Positions 1-13,728 of a stretch of 64,000 nucleotides of DNA are shown here, one piece after another. Position 1 is the first letter of the stretch. Each line of letters opens with the position of its first letter. Under the pieces are notes generated by a model. The model worked only from the letters and a program-made list of their open reading frames with translations. It had not been told where the DNA came from and searched no databases. The stretch comes from Octopus sinensis. Lineage: Eukaryota. The translations under genes were made by a program, and so were the position numbers. The DNA lies in assembly GCF_006345805.1 (NCBI RefSeq), contig NC_043003.1:42222001-42286000 (forward strand), given 5' to 3'.

Positions 1-527
1 GTCTTTGAAGTTTCTGCAAGTACTTGTGTTAGTGTTAGAGAGCGGTATCAAAAGAAGGGTGCTACTGCTAAACTTGTTGTTGATGTTAGTTGTTAATGGT
101 GGTGTGGAAGTTATGGAGGTGTAATGGTGTGATGTGGTAGCTTTGTTGGTGTTGTGGTGATTTAATGATAAGTCAAACTTAATGCGTTTCCGCTATTTGA
201 CATTTCTACTGTTTTACTTGCCTTTTAGAACTTCTTCAAATGCGTTAATTAAATATATTTCACATTCGGATGGCTAACTCTCTTTAAATGGAAGAAAAAG
301 AAACAACAACAACAATAACAACAACAACAACAACAACTGCAGCAGCGGGAGTAACAGCCACAACAACAGCAAAAACAACATCAAGAAGGAAATTTAAAGA
401 AAACGAAAATCTCAATGAGATCATGAGACAAAATCACGTGATGGCTATTGAAATTTTCGTTCAATTGAAGTTTGAAATAATCTTTCTGTTCTGTATATCT
501 CCGTATTGTTTCGACATGTTCACCTAC

Positions 528-592
528 CGTGGTAAGCCAAAAGATTCTGAACGCTTCAATGAACAAACGGGGAAATTGTTTAAACTCTAGAC
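528..592 (-). other. Candidate exon of a minus-strand host gene (65 nt)
   Basis: tttctag|GTCTAGAG...ACCACG|gtaggt. One open frame (phase 1) LEFKQFPRLFIEAFRIFWLTT; no recognisable homology. Confidence 0.4.
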
Positions 593-807
593 CTAGAAAG
601 CATCAAAATGTTCCTTAATACTTCTTTGAACATCAAGCAAAAATCTCCGAACGCTTTATTCCAATACATCAAATATTCCTGTTTTCCTTAATTCTTCAAA
701 AGCCTTTCCTTTAATGTTTGTACATGTTCTTATATTACCACCATTAATAAACTGTGTTATCTTGGTAACAGGTTTCTTAGACTATTGTAGTATGTTGTAA
801 TATTTAC

Positions 808-933
808 CTACCATCACCGCTCCCGACGGATCGATCATGTCTTGTGTTCTACTGATCTCAACAAAATTGTGAAGAGTTCGAACTCAGTGAGACACTTTTA
901 AAACCGTATGAAAGAGACCACCGAACACTGACA
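808..933 (-). other. Candidate exon containing a possible start ATG at 838
   Basis: ttgttgttttag acceptor (934-935); donors gtaggt (exon end 812) or gtaaat (exon end 808). ATG ATC GAT CCG TCG GGA GCG GTG ATG GTA G joins in frame to 528-592. Confidence 0.35.
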
Positions 934-1107
934 CTAAAACAACAATACAAATAACTACAATTCGTGTAGCCAGCCGATGTAATTCTTTGACAGCCAATAA
1001 ATTAATCAATTAACTAATTCATCTACGAGTAATTTACTGATTATGAAATTTATCAACGGTAATTTATTAAATAACATCACGATTTCAATAAAATATGAAC
1101 ATATGTA

Positions 1108-1656
1108 TTGGGTTGTCCGGAAAGTTCGTACCGATTTTTAAAGGAAAGAAAATGGTCAATAAATACTTGCCACTACATTTTTAATCGACCAAATATAAAC
1201 CATCTTGTTGCACAATGCGTCTCCATCTTTCCTTTAACTTGAAAATACCCTCTCCCCAGAAATGAGGTGGTTTCATGGCAAATAATTCATCAAGGTATCT
1301 TTATACGTCATCCAAGGAATTGAATTTTTTACCATTAAGACTATTCTACAGAGACCTGAATAAGCAATATCTGGTGAATATGGAGAGTAGAGTAACACAT
1401 CCCAGGCGAGCTGCAGCAATTTTTGTCTGTTTCCCAAAGCCAAAAATGCCAAAAATGAACTTTCTTCTCTTCCATTTTAAAGGGTTACAAAATTAACACA
1501 AGTTATAGGAACATAAATCTTCTTCCACGAAAAATAGCTTAAACTATGCTCTAAATTGAGGTGTAGTCACATCCTATTTTATGGACTCAACCATGCTCTA
1601 AAATAAGTCGAAAGGTAAGCTACTACAATTCGACACAAACTTTCCGGATAACCCAA
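1108..1656 (-). mobile_element. Internally deleted (non-autonomous) mariner, 549 bp
   Basis: 22-bp TIRs TTGGGTTGTCCGGAAAGTTCGT / rc TTGGGTTATCCGGAAAGTTTGT with TA flanks (1106-1107, 1657-1658). The minus strand reads MEEKKVHF..., fused to ...WDVLLYSPYSPDIA... and ...ERWRRIVQQDGLYLVD*, i.e. the transposase N- and C-termini only. Confidence 0.9.
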
Positions 1657-3317
1657 TAGTAATGACTTATTACTCTCAATGAATATTGTAAAACTATTAA
1701 TCCTTTTAGTGCGTAATTCAGAGATAAAAACTCAGAATTCCGTTGTTCTAAGTTTTGTTGAGGAGTGACATGTTTAAAACTTTTTTCTGTTGAGATATGT
1801 CGAGTTTACCGAGGCAACATTACTTGCAGAAAATGCCAGTTATATTTTTGGTAGATATCTAACATCATTGCTGGAATAAGCAGGAAATTTATTTACGCAG
1901 TAAAATAGTTAAAACAATGATAAAATTTGAAAGGATTTCTAAAATAATGTATTATGAGCTAAATATCTTAAACATGGAACGATAGAGTAGTTAGGTTTAC
2001 GGTTTACTTCAAGCTTGTTATTTTGTCCATTTGGTTTAGACGCGATATATACTTCTCTCCAAAGAAAGAAATAATCGCAGGAATTCCGTCTACCTATTAT
2101 GAAAGGTGAACTTTCTGCAAACTGATTTAACTCAACTAACGGAGTCTTGCACTATGTCTTGCTGAGTTCGCTTCGTTGTAAATATTCGAACTAAACAACT
2201 GGTTTCCTCCTTGCTTGTGTTTTACCTTCAGACATTGACTGGCGGTTATTTCAATCTGTCATAACCAGCATAAATTTGATCAGCTAGGAAATGCCTGTAA
2301 ATATCATAAGCATTACCATGCGGTACAACCGTGACAATACTTCGCTATTATTGTTTTTTATTTTTCATTAATTTGTTTTCTATGAATGGAGAGCCTGTGT
2401 TTTTATTGTCTGTCATCTTTAACCGTTCGAATGACCACGTAGAGGCATTCACGTTGGTTTATTTCAGACTTTTTATAGGATTAGACATCTGCTGTTGTTG
2501 CATTACTCCAGGTCAAGTCTGATGATGTTTCTTTTAATTCACACAGTGTAGTTTGTTCCTGGAGATACAAAGATGTTAATTGAGGTGGTATTGGCAGCTA
2601 TTGCTAGCGTATCGAGCAATCACACACAAGCGTTCTCTTGGCTCATAAGGCGAACACGTTGGCTGCATATATGATAAAATAGTATACGGTGAGGTAGATA
2701 AGATCATTTAGATTTATGCTTAGGTATGTCATGAGAAACTAAAAGGAAAAGAAAAGCTATCTACCCTAGATAAATATCAGTCGAAAAGGTACATAAAGAT
2801 TAATAGAATGATTTGGTATCAGTAGATAAGCGCCAATATAGCTGGTAATTGTCGACATAACGTGACGGTTTACAATGGCGAAAGCGAAATTCCCACGGCG
2901 ATGAATGAATTAGCAATGCGTTAATTTCGCCAACCTGGAAAAGGTAAATACTTCTGCTTCTTTAGTACATTGACATTTCAAAACCCACTTTCAGTATTCA
3001 CACTTGTTCGATTCATATTAGCAGAACATCAATTGTGTCACGTGCTCTTGTTTAATCTCATTAACAGGAACCTGACTTTGCACAATGTCGATCAAAACAG
3101 TATTCAATTCGCTGTTTATATTTAAGACAAAGCGATCACAAAAGCAAACGGTATATTGTACAAACGCACATGTATGCATGTATGTATATATGTATGCATG
3201 CATGTATGTCTGTATGTATGCATTATATAGGTATATAGGTATGTCCGTAACTTTGTATGAATTTGGCTATGCCTGTGTGTATACGGACATAAATACATAC
3301 ACAGACACACACGCACA

Positions 3318-3353
<36 letters not shown>

Positions 3354-4044
3354 CACATATATATATATGTATGCATGCATGTATGTATGTATATATATAT
3401 ATATGTATGTATGTATCTATGTGTGTGTATATATATATGTATATATATATATGTAAGCTTGCAGGTGTGCACGTGCATATGCTGGAACTATATATGTAGA
3501 TTATATATATTTACATGTGTTTATGCACACACATACACACACACGCACACGCACACGCACACATGCAGTCACGTGTGCTTATTACAGATGTATATATCTT
3601 CTTTCTCGTATATATGTGAAAGTGTGTAAATACATATGTAAGCTTGAATACATACATGTGTGTAAATACGTATACCTACATATATATATCCGTGTGATTG
3701 TGTGCATATATATGTATATATATGTGTCTGTGTGTGTGTGCGCGAACGCGTGCCCGTTTGTGCGTGTGTATGCGTGGGAGAATACATAACACTTGGCGCC
3801 ATGTTGCTATTCTCATACTCTTCTCCCACAGATATCAGCACTCCTTGTTATTATGCACATAATACAGTTCGATTTTCTTTTTAGCCTCGTCGCAGCACCA
3901 ACTGTTGACCATTGAAATCTGATCACCAATACCGACCATTGATCACCAACCCCGGTCACTGATCACCAAGGTGCAAACAGTGACCAGAAGCACCGATCTT
4001 TCACAACCAACTCCTAGCCACTGTGCATTCACTATTGAACATCG

Positions 4045-4045
4045 C

Positions 4046-4108
<63 letters not shown>

Positions 4109-4440
4109 TATTGTCATCGCCGTCGTCGTCATCATCATCATCATCAACACCTCAACCATCACCACCGCTAGCAACACCGTTGGCACACTCATCAAAACCA
4201 CCACCACCGCAAACATCTTCGCCTTTATCATCATCATCATCATCATCATAATCATCATCATCATCATCAACATCATCATCGTCATCACCATCATCATTGC
4301 CGTCGCCGTCGTAGTCACCACCATCATCATTTTCGTAGTCGTCGTCGTCGTAGTCATCATTATCATCATCATAATCATCATCATCATTAACACCATCAAT
4401 ATCATCACCTCCGTCGCCGTCGCCATCGCTTCCGTTCCGC
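4045..4440. repeat. (CAT)n / (CAC)n / (CGT)n compound trinucleotide tract
   Basis: Directly visible; it produces the poly-His, poly-Ile and poly-Asp ORFs in the track. Confidence 0.97.
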
Positions 4441-4659
4441 AAACATCACAAGTCATGTGGCCTTACTATTGTTCATCAGCTGATGTTTAATATTTGTTCA
4501 GTTCGGTTATTCCCAAAGCACTTCACCGCATCGTCTCCAATAATCGGGGCAAGGTGTTCTACAGGTCTACATGTGAAATCATGGGGTTTACTGCGTGCAC
4601 AGCATACATGGAAAGCTTGAAAATGCATCTATACATGCACACATACTCAGGCATACACA

Positions 4660-4694
4660 GACACGTACATATATATATATATAATATATATATA

Positions 4695-4744
<50 letters not shown>

Positions 4745-4802
4745 CATATGTGTGTGTTTGTGTGTGTGTGTGAATGTGCGTGTCTGTATTTATACATGTA
4801 TA

Positions 4803-4862
<60 letters not shown>

Positions 4863-5010
4863 CATACATACATACATACGTACATATAGATAGATAGATG
4901 TAGATATATATATGTATATATAAATGGATATATATGCATACACACATACACGGACACACATACACACACGCACATACACACACACGCACACATACACACA
5001 CACATATATA
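4660..5010. repeat. Representative (TA)n/(TG)n/(CATA)n compound microsatellite; dozens of similar blocks occur across the window
   Basis: Directly visible. Other large blocks at about 3160-3790, 5665-5910, 6090-6350, 11930-12870, 13420-14120, 16820-16925, 20320-20430, 23580-23840, 28790-29035, 41040-41600, 52155-52315, 55510-55745, 56980-57165 and 62935-63775. Confidence 0.97.
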
Positions 5011-5128
5011 TATTTGCTTGTATGTGGACATGAGAATCAGTACGTACGTAGGCGTGTGTGGGGGATACCTGCGTTTGCCAATTCATACATATGGCTTTGT
5101 ATAGTTACCACAAATATATTTATAGAGA

Positions 5129-5344
5129 CTTACACGCAAAGCCCGGCACACGCATGTCATCACGCATAACACACATTCATAGACCTATACACACATGCAC
5201 AGTCAGAAAAACACACCCATAGACAATGACTCCTTACACGCAAAGCCTGGCACACACATGTCATCACGCATAACACACATTCATAGACCTATACACACAT
5301 GCACAGTCAGAAAAAACACACCCATAGACAATGACTCCTTACAC
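5129..5344. repeat. 104/105-bp tandem duplication
   Basis: Copies start at 5129 and 5233 and are near identical; CTTACAC recurs at 5129, 5233 and 5338. Confidence 0.95.
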
Positions 5345-5383
5345 TTACGTATATATATATGTTTGTGTTCATTAATGCTGTGT

Positions 5384-5438
<55 letters not shown>

Positions 5439-5659
5439 GTATAAGACTGTGTATAAGCACACGCAAATCTTACAATTTTACAAGCACAAATCTACACGAT
5501 CAGATGAGTTTGGACGGAAATAACGTGCTGTGCAGCTTATTTCGGTTAACATGATCGATTCATAAGAAGACAGTGTCCGATTAATTGCTATTGACCACTC
5601 ACAGGCACATGGACACACATTCAGTAGGACTTGCAAACACATATTCAGCGTCACACAAG

Positions 5660-5701
<42 letters not shown>

Positions 5702-5804
5702 ATATATATATATATAGATATATATATATATATATATATATATAGATATATATATATATATATAATATATATATATATATATAGATATACATATGTATAC
5801 ATAC

Positions 5805-5886
<82 letters not shown>

Positions 5887-6089
5887 GTATGTATGTATGT
5901 ATATGTATATGTATAAAGGGAGCCAAATATAGTAAATAGTTTCGCTTAACTCTATACAAAAAAAACAATAGCAACAGTACTATATAATAGTTGTTTGGTA
6001 CAATGGACACATTAATTAATATTGTTTTAGTTATATCCGAAACAAAACCAGCTTATATCTTATAGTAATACACAGATGCAGCTATCCAT

Positions 6090-6137
<48 letters not shown>

Positions 6138-6173
6138 TATATTTATATATTTATATATGTGTGTTTATGTATA

Positions 6174-6204
<31 letters not shown>

Positions 6205-7088
6205 ATATACACACATATATATATATTCACGCACACATATATATATATATAATTATATATATATGCACACGTACATACACATATATACCTATATATATAT
6301 GCGTATATACATATGCACACATATATGTATACACACACACATATATATATACATTTGTCTCTGTACGCACTTGTACGCATGCGTGATTCAGCTTCTGTTT
6401 AATCATGTCGTTTATACAAATACAAATTAATGAGAACAAAGAAAGTAATTTCGATGTGTATATCCACATTTGAGCCAAACGTCACGTACTTGTCTGCAGT
6501 TTGCTAGAAGTATCCGCTTGCATATATGCATGGGAACATACACAGAAACAAAATGACAGACACGCACACACAGATAATTTGTGTGTGAGATCCGGCCTGG
6601 ATATGCATGTATACATGTACATATATGTTTATGCGTGAGTATGTGTACGTGCGTTTATGTATATATATATATATATATATATATACTATATATATATATT
6701 TACTTATATAAATATATATATTCATAAATACTTTTCTGTGTGTATGTGTGTATAAGTGTGTGGTATATAACATACATTTAATATTGAAAAGTCATCTGGG
6801 ATTTCAACAATTTTATACAGTTCACACGGATTCACGCATACACACGCGCAGATACAAACACCCGAAATGAAACGTGCATGCGTACAATCGTTGCATTCAC
6901 AAATAGAAGTACACATATGCATGTATAGTAAGGAGGCTAAGGATTACAGAAGCAAGCTGACAATGACAGAGCGATAAAGAGCATTTGTTTACGTGGCAGT
7001 AAAGAATGCTTGCTGAAAATTCAAAATCCAGATTTACAATACGTATACGTGGTAGCTCTGACTATCTATCTCTCTGTTTCACTCCTTC

Positions 7089-7129
<41 letters not shown>

Positions 7130-7287
7130 CACGCGTGCACACACACACACACATTCACAGGCAAACACACATCACCCGCGTACATGCACAGGCACCCATG
7201 TCTAGATACTTGTATATGTGCATGGATACGTATATACGTATATACATATATATACGCATACACATATATACATACACGCACACACAC

Positions 7288-7334
<47 letters not shown>

Positions 7335-7362
7335 TGCTGCGTGTATATTTATACACACACAC

Positions 7363-7425
<63 letters not shown>

Positions 7426-8069
7426 ATAGATAGATAGACATATTTTTTTGTCGAACACACTGTACAAATGGTCAGTAAAAAGTGGTAAAAAATGGCAAGA
7501 CAGGTCGGGTAGGTTGCCATTACTCGTCGCTGACCATTTTTTACTGACCACAAAAAAAAATTATTATGGTACAAGTGGTTAGTAAAAAATGCTAAATTTT
7601 TTATTATGAATTATGAAAGCCGACAAAATTTGAGTTATTCGTGATAAGATAAAATTGGTTGCAATCAGATAGAATAAAAATAAACAAGAACAAAACATTT
7701 TTTTTTTTTGTGAGAGACTCTTTTGTAAGTCGAGAGACTATGTCTCGAATCGTATGTGTGGTAACGTATCACATTTTTAGCTTTGCATTATAATATTCTC
7801 CAATCATTAACCAACCGGCAACTCTAGTGGAGACAACGATCTCGCAACCATGTTCGTGTCTTACAAGTATTAAATAGCGGGTCTTTACTTTGAGTGGAGT
7901 ATGTTCTCATACGCCATCTCTTTTCCACGAAACTTTGAGGTTTATTAAACCGCTCATTGCGCCAGACTTCACGCTTCGGTTGTAAATGCTCCCATGATTA
8001 TAGATCAAATTTCTGTAGGTTAATTTTGTCTTTATAGCACAGCAGTGATCTACCCGACACAACAGGAGG

Positions 8070-8535
8070 TATTTGAAAGATAACTATTTCAATGCCGCTT
8101 CTATTACACTTTTCAAGGATATCACTCTATGGCATTTTGTCATCCCACGGATGACATCATCCTCTGTCTGCAGATTATTGTTCGCTCGTTGCTCAATTTT
8201 CTTCACCTCCTCTCCCATTTTTCTTGAACGATTTAAAACTCAAGGAAATAAATTTCTGAAAGTATGCAAGGCATGTTTATCTTCCGAGTCCATAAACGAC
8301 CACAGAAAAGATCTACGATAAAATTTCATGGTAACCTAATAAAGACCATCAGCTCCTTTTGCAATCTACGCCGTACGGGAAACGCAATTGCTAGAAAACA
8401 CAGTAAAATTTATCTGTGCCCTGCAACTAAACTGCTGTTTCTGTAAAGAACATGTTAGCCTAAATAAAACTAACATTCACATTTATCGTGCTACGGTTAT
8501 CCACACATTATTGTATGCCTGTCAAACGTGGACAC
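8070..8535 (+). mobile_element. Degenerate RTE-clade LINE reverse-transcriptase fragment
   Basis: Frameshifted pieces TDDIIL (YADD-like), TIKFHGNLIKTISSFCNL, and KTNIHIYRATVIHTLLYACQTWTLYK, which resembles the RTE motif TKxxVYRAxVLxTLLYxCETWT. Confidence 0.75.
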
Positions 8536-8556
8536 TATACAAGTCCCAAATATGTG

Positions 8557-8601
<45 letters not shown>

Positions 8602-8608
8602 GTGTGTG

Positions 8609-8641
<33 letters not shown>

Positions 8642-8786
8642 GGAGAAAGAGGGAGATAGATAGACGTATGTGTGTGTTTATGCCTTTATACCTATATGCG
8701 TGTATTACTTGTCTGTAATTTTGTGTGATGTACGTGTGTTTGTCGATCTGTCAGTCTCTCACTTTCTCACTCTTTATGTGTGTGTG

Positions 8787-8828
<42 letters not shown>

Positions 8829-9569
8829 GTGCACATAAGTATATATGAAAGATGAGTTACTGACTGACTATTGTTATTTCATAACTTGTGAGTCAGTGTT
8901 CTCTCAACAGGCGAAAATTGCTTGACCAGAAAGAGAAAAAAAAATCTTAATGACCTCTCGTTTTAAATGTCAGCTTGCGTTATTAAGTGGAGAAATCTGA
9001 GACTGACACAAAGCAAAGAGAATTTGACTGACGGCTATAGCACAATAGAAAGAAGCGGTATGAAGTGCATCTTTTTTGACAGTTATATATGAGACTTGTT
9101 TTTCATTTTCAATGGGTAAAATGGCGGTCATGACAATACCGGAAGTAGAGTCAAGATATGTTATGATCTTATGAATAACAATAATTTCTTTTTGACTGAT
9201 GACCTGACCGTTCTCAAAGCTTTAAAACTAGATTTTGTTTTCTCCTCTATATCGTATTTCTCTCTTTCTATTGGTCTATCAATCTTCCAGTATTTCGTTA
9301 TTTATAAAGAATTATTATTTCCTTTTCCCTTTTACTAGCTCGCTGACTTTCTTCTTTACATGCTATCTCTCTCTCTCTCTCTCATCCCCCCCTCTCTCTC
9401 TATGTATGCATTTAACAATTTTTCTATCCCTGTTACCATCTATCTTTATATAGTATCTAATGTGTTTTTTGTTTAAATTCATAGCTGTTAATTCAATCTC
9501 AATGTGTACGTGTACAGAAGTGTACCAAGGACAAACATATATGTGTGTGTGACTGTGTATACATATACG

Positions 9570-9620
<51 letters not shown>

Positions 9621-9964
9621 CAAAACACACATATATTATATGTTATGTGTGTGGAGTCACAGTCGTTTATATGAGACGAAGGATGCATCTATGTTGGTAT
9701 TGGATGTATATGTATATCCGGGATTGCTAGTGTATTTTGAGTTTTTCATATGTAAGCTTTAGAGAACTAAATATCTCGCTTAAACTTTTGTTGAGAAAGC
9801 AATTTGGAGGAAAAATAATGGATTTAATGTGAATTAAACAAGATATATTTTTGAAAGCGTAACTCTGTTTAATATAAATGTGAAAACTTACACATTTCAA
9901 TATCTGCATATGACAAAAGATTGCACTGAGTTGGCTTACCAACACAAAATATTAAAGTATGCAA

Positions 9965-10275
9965 ACATACTCTCTCTTTTTACTCTTTTACTTGTTTCAG
10001 TCATATGGCTCTGGCCATGCTACAGCACCGCTTTTAGTCGAGCAAATCGCCCCCAGGACTTAAGCCTAGTACTTATTCTATCGGTCTCTTTTGCCGAACC
10101 GCTAAGTTGTGAAGCGATGCTAGGTGACTAACACACATACACAAGCATACACAAACAATACACATATATATTATATGTATATATACATATATACGACGGC
10201 TTCTTTCAGTTTCCGTCTACCAAATCCACTCACAAGGGTTTGGTCGGCCCGAGGCAATAGTAGAAGACACAACAC
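9965..10275 (-). mobile_element. SINE family B (CORE-like 5' half, internal (TG/TA)n, conserved tail)
   Basis: rc of GTGTCTTCTACTATTGCCTCGGGCCGACCAAACCCTTGTGAGTGGATTTGGTAGACGGAAACTGAAAGAAGCCGTCG, then microsatellite, then the CTTAGCGGTTCGGCAAAAGAGACCGATAGAATAAGTACTAGGCTT tail. Confidence 0.85.
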
Positions 10276-10396
10276 ACACACACCCACACATATGTATATA
10301 TGATATGTGTGAGTGTGTGTTTATACCTATACATACATACATACATATATATACATATATGTTATATATCTATCTATCTATCTATATCTATCTCTA

Positions 10397-10461
<65 letters not shown>

Positions 10462-11625
10462 GTGTGTATGCGTGTGAGCGTGTGTGTTTGTGTGTGTGTG
10501 TGTGTGCATTTGTGTGTGTATGCATAACTCTTTGTGTTTGTGTGCATAAAGTTTGCGTATCTACTTAGTCGTTGTTAGCAGAGTTGTCTTTGAGATAATG
10601 TAAATTATGTCTGACTACACAATTATTAGACGCCCGAAACTATGGGATGAATCAGCAGATATCTTAATTTCTCAATTATTTGTAATCTGTTTGTATGTAT
10701 GTACCTACATATGTACTCAGGTATGTGTATATGTATGAATGTAAGTATACTATTACAAAAATCAAACGTCTAAATACTGGGGTATTCTTTTGGTTTCTAT
10801 AAGTACACACAGCCGTCACTCGTGAGTGAGTATAACTTGAGAATATAGGCCTTGCTTCATTATTGTTTATGTACATATGGATTTCTGAAAAAATGATAGC
10901 GGCACTTCCGCAAGCCTTACCATTGGTATTGTAGTACATCCATAATGTCCAAGTTAGGAAGAGCTGCCCAAGTATGCCACTGGTACTTATTTACAGTAGG
11001 ATAAACTCCAGAAACGTAAAATGAAACGTCCTTCAAGGACACAATAAGTCAAGCGATCTTTTAATGCTCCGTCTTTACTGATAAGAAGATGAAAACGCTA
11101 ACCAACAAGCGAAAAATAGAAAATGTCGCTCAGGAAAATAATGCAAAGTTCAAAGCTAGAATACATTTGAACAGAAATATGCCTGATGATATTTGACACG
11201 GGATAATTAAAATTAACAAAACAACACGTCAATAAGTGAGTTTGTTGTGGTCTCCTAACTGACTAGAAAAAACAGCTAAAACCGCTGTTCCCCTTCTAAC
11301 AAATCTATCGGACGGATAAAACAAGTTCAACATAAATATATTCATACTTATTACACATTCAATGCACGAACGCATTTACTCATGGATTTACACAATCAGA
11401 GGGGTCTTGTGGACGAAAAACTCTTTCTAATTTTCAAACGAGTCCAGCAATTTTGAGCCGCGTGGGCATGTCCATTGTTGGACATCAGTGTTGTGCTGAT
11501 ACTAATTTTTCAACCCCGAAAGAAGGAAATGCAAAATGAAACCGAGTGCGGCATATGAATTCCGTACGTAAAGTTACATGGATGAATATTAATAATAATT
11601 AAGAATGATAATAATAACAACAAAC

Positions 11626-11665
<40 letters not shown>

Positions 11666-11706
11666 AACAACAATGATAATGACAACAACAACAACAAACA
11701 AACAAC

Positions 11707-11739
<33 letters not shown>

Positions 11740-11973
11740 AATAATAAATGATCATGATAATATAACAATAATAATGTTAATACATTTTAATTTATATTAA
11801 ATATGAGTACTAAATATGAGCATTTCTGTGCGAAGAGTTGCTGGCCGTATCTAAAGGAAGGGTAAATGAATTTTTGTAAAGTAGGGCTAGTTTTGAAGTG
11901 AAATGAATTAACAAACTTAAAGTAATAGCCAAACACATACACACGCGCAAATGTATATATGTACGCAACTAGG

Positions 11974-12008
<35 letters not shown>

Positions 12009-12061
12009 GCATGGGTGTATATACATGCCTACATACATACATACATACATACATACATGCA

Positions 12062-12095
<34 letters not shown>

Positions 12096-12582
12096 AATAT
12101 ATATACTTACGTATATATATATGTATATGTGTGTGTGTACTGGCACGTACTCATATGAATATATGCTTAACCATATACATATACTATATACATATATATA
12201 TATACATAGACCATACAGGAACACACACATATAATATGTCTATGTATGTGTGCGCTCCTGTGTGTATGTGTGTGTGTATTTATATGTTTGTGTCCTTTTT
12301 TTCTTTTCGCTGGGTAATCCTCTACACGTTTTTTTTTGTAAGATGATGGAGCTTGGTGATGAAAATATCTGACACCAGCACCGAAAACTGATGGAAATCG
12401 AGGCAGTTATCAGGGGTGACTCCCCCTATCCTTTCCTCATCCCAACCCCCACCGCCTCCCTTATTTCACACATCAGACTATGCATGGAACGTCACACATA
12501 AACAACAAACGATAATCAACAACATATAAATACGTACATGTAAACACGTGCGCATGTACACACACACGCACGCACACACACC

Positions 12583-12615
<33 letters not shown>

Positions 12616-13678
12616 AACATACACATACATATATATATATATATATACACAGAAATATACATATGTATATCCCTGCATTTGTACACACACGCGAGCACAT
12701 ATACATACACATACATATGAATATGTATGTATGTACAAGTATGGATATACGTGTTTGTATATGTATATATATATGTGTGCCTATACAAATATATATATAT
12801 ATATATACATACATACACACACAAACACACACTGTACACGCACGCACGCACACAAACACACACACATATAGAGAGGTAACCCAAGATCTCTTTACTCATC
12901 GACCTTTGCACTGACAAGTGTCACTGTTAACTAGAATGTCGGCATTCCTTTGGAAACATCTGAGGGAATGTGGTGTTATTGGTGATAGGGGATGTTAAGT
13001 ACTTGTTGTGGCGGTTTGGTAGTAGTGTGGTTGCTATGGCGAAGGCGGTGATAGCGACGGTAGCGATGGAACAGGCGGTGGTGGTGGTGGTGGTATACGT
13101 GTTGGTTGTGTTTGCCATAGTAGTATTACTGGAAAGCGATGTTGCGGGGGAGGGGGTAGTTGTTGTTTACCCCGAAATCAACTTGCTCATGTAGGCCTTG
13201 ATCAAAAACATTCAGGCTCTGTCCACCCAGGTTAATTTTTTCGTTTGTTTTTGGAATAGGGTACCATAGACTACATCATCCAAGGTCTCCATTTTCAACG
13301 GAAGATGTCACATTTAGCTGGGGTCTTTTTCAAAGATGTGACCTCTGTATAGTTAGCAGTTGTGGCATTATTTCTGCTTATTTTTGTTCATTAGTAGTGG
13401 CTGTAATCGGTTGTAGATTCAAATGTGTACGTATGTACGTATGTATGTATGTGTGTATGCATGTTTGTATGTGTGCATGTATGTACATATGTATGTATGT
13501 ATATATGTATGCATGACTGTATGTATACGTCATGTACGTATGTATGTATGTATGAATGCATGCATCTATTTATCTCTCAATTTATCTCATCTCCCCCCAC
13601 TCTCCCCCCTCTCTCTATATATATATGTGTGTGTGCGTAAGTATGTACATATATGTATGCCTATATATATAATATTTA

Positions 13679-13728
<50 letters not shown>

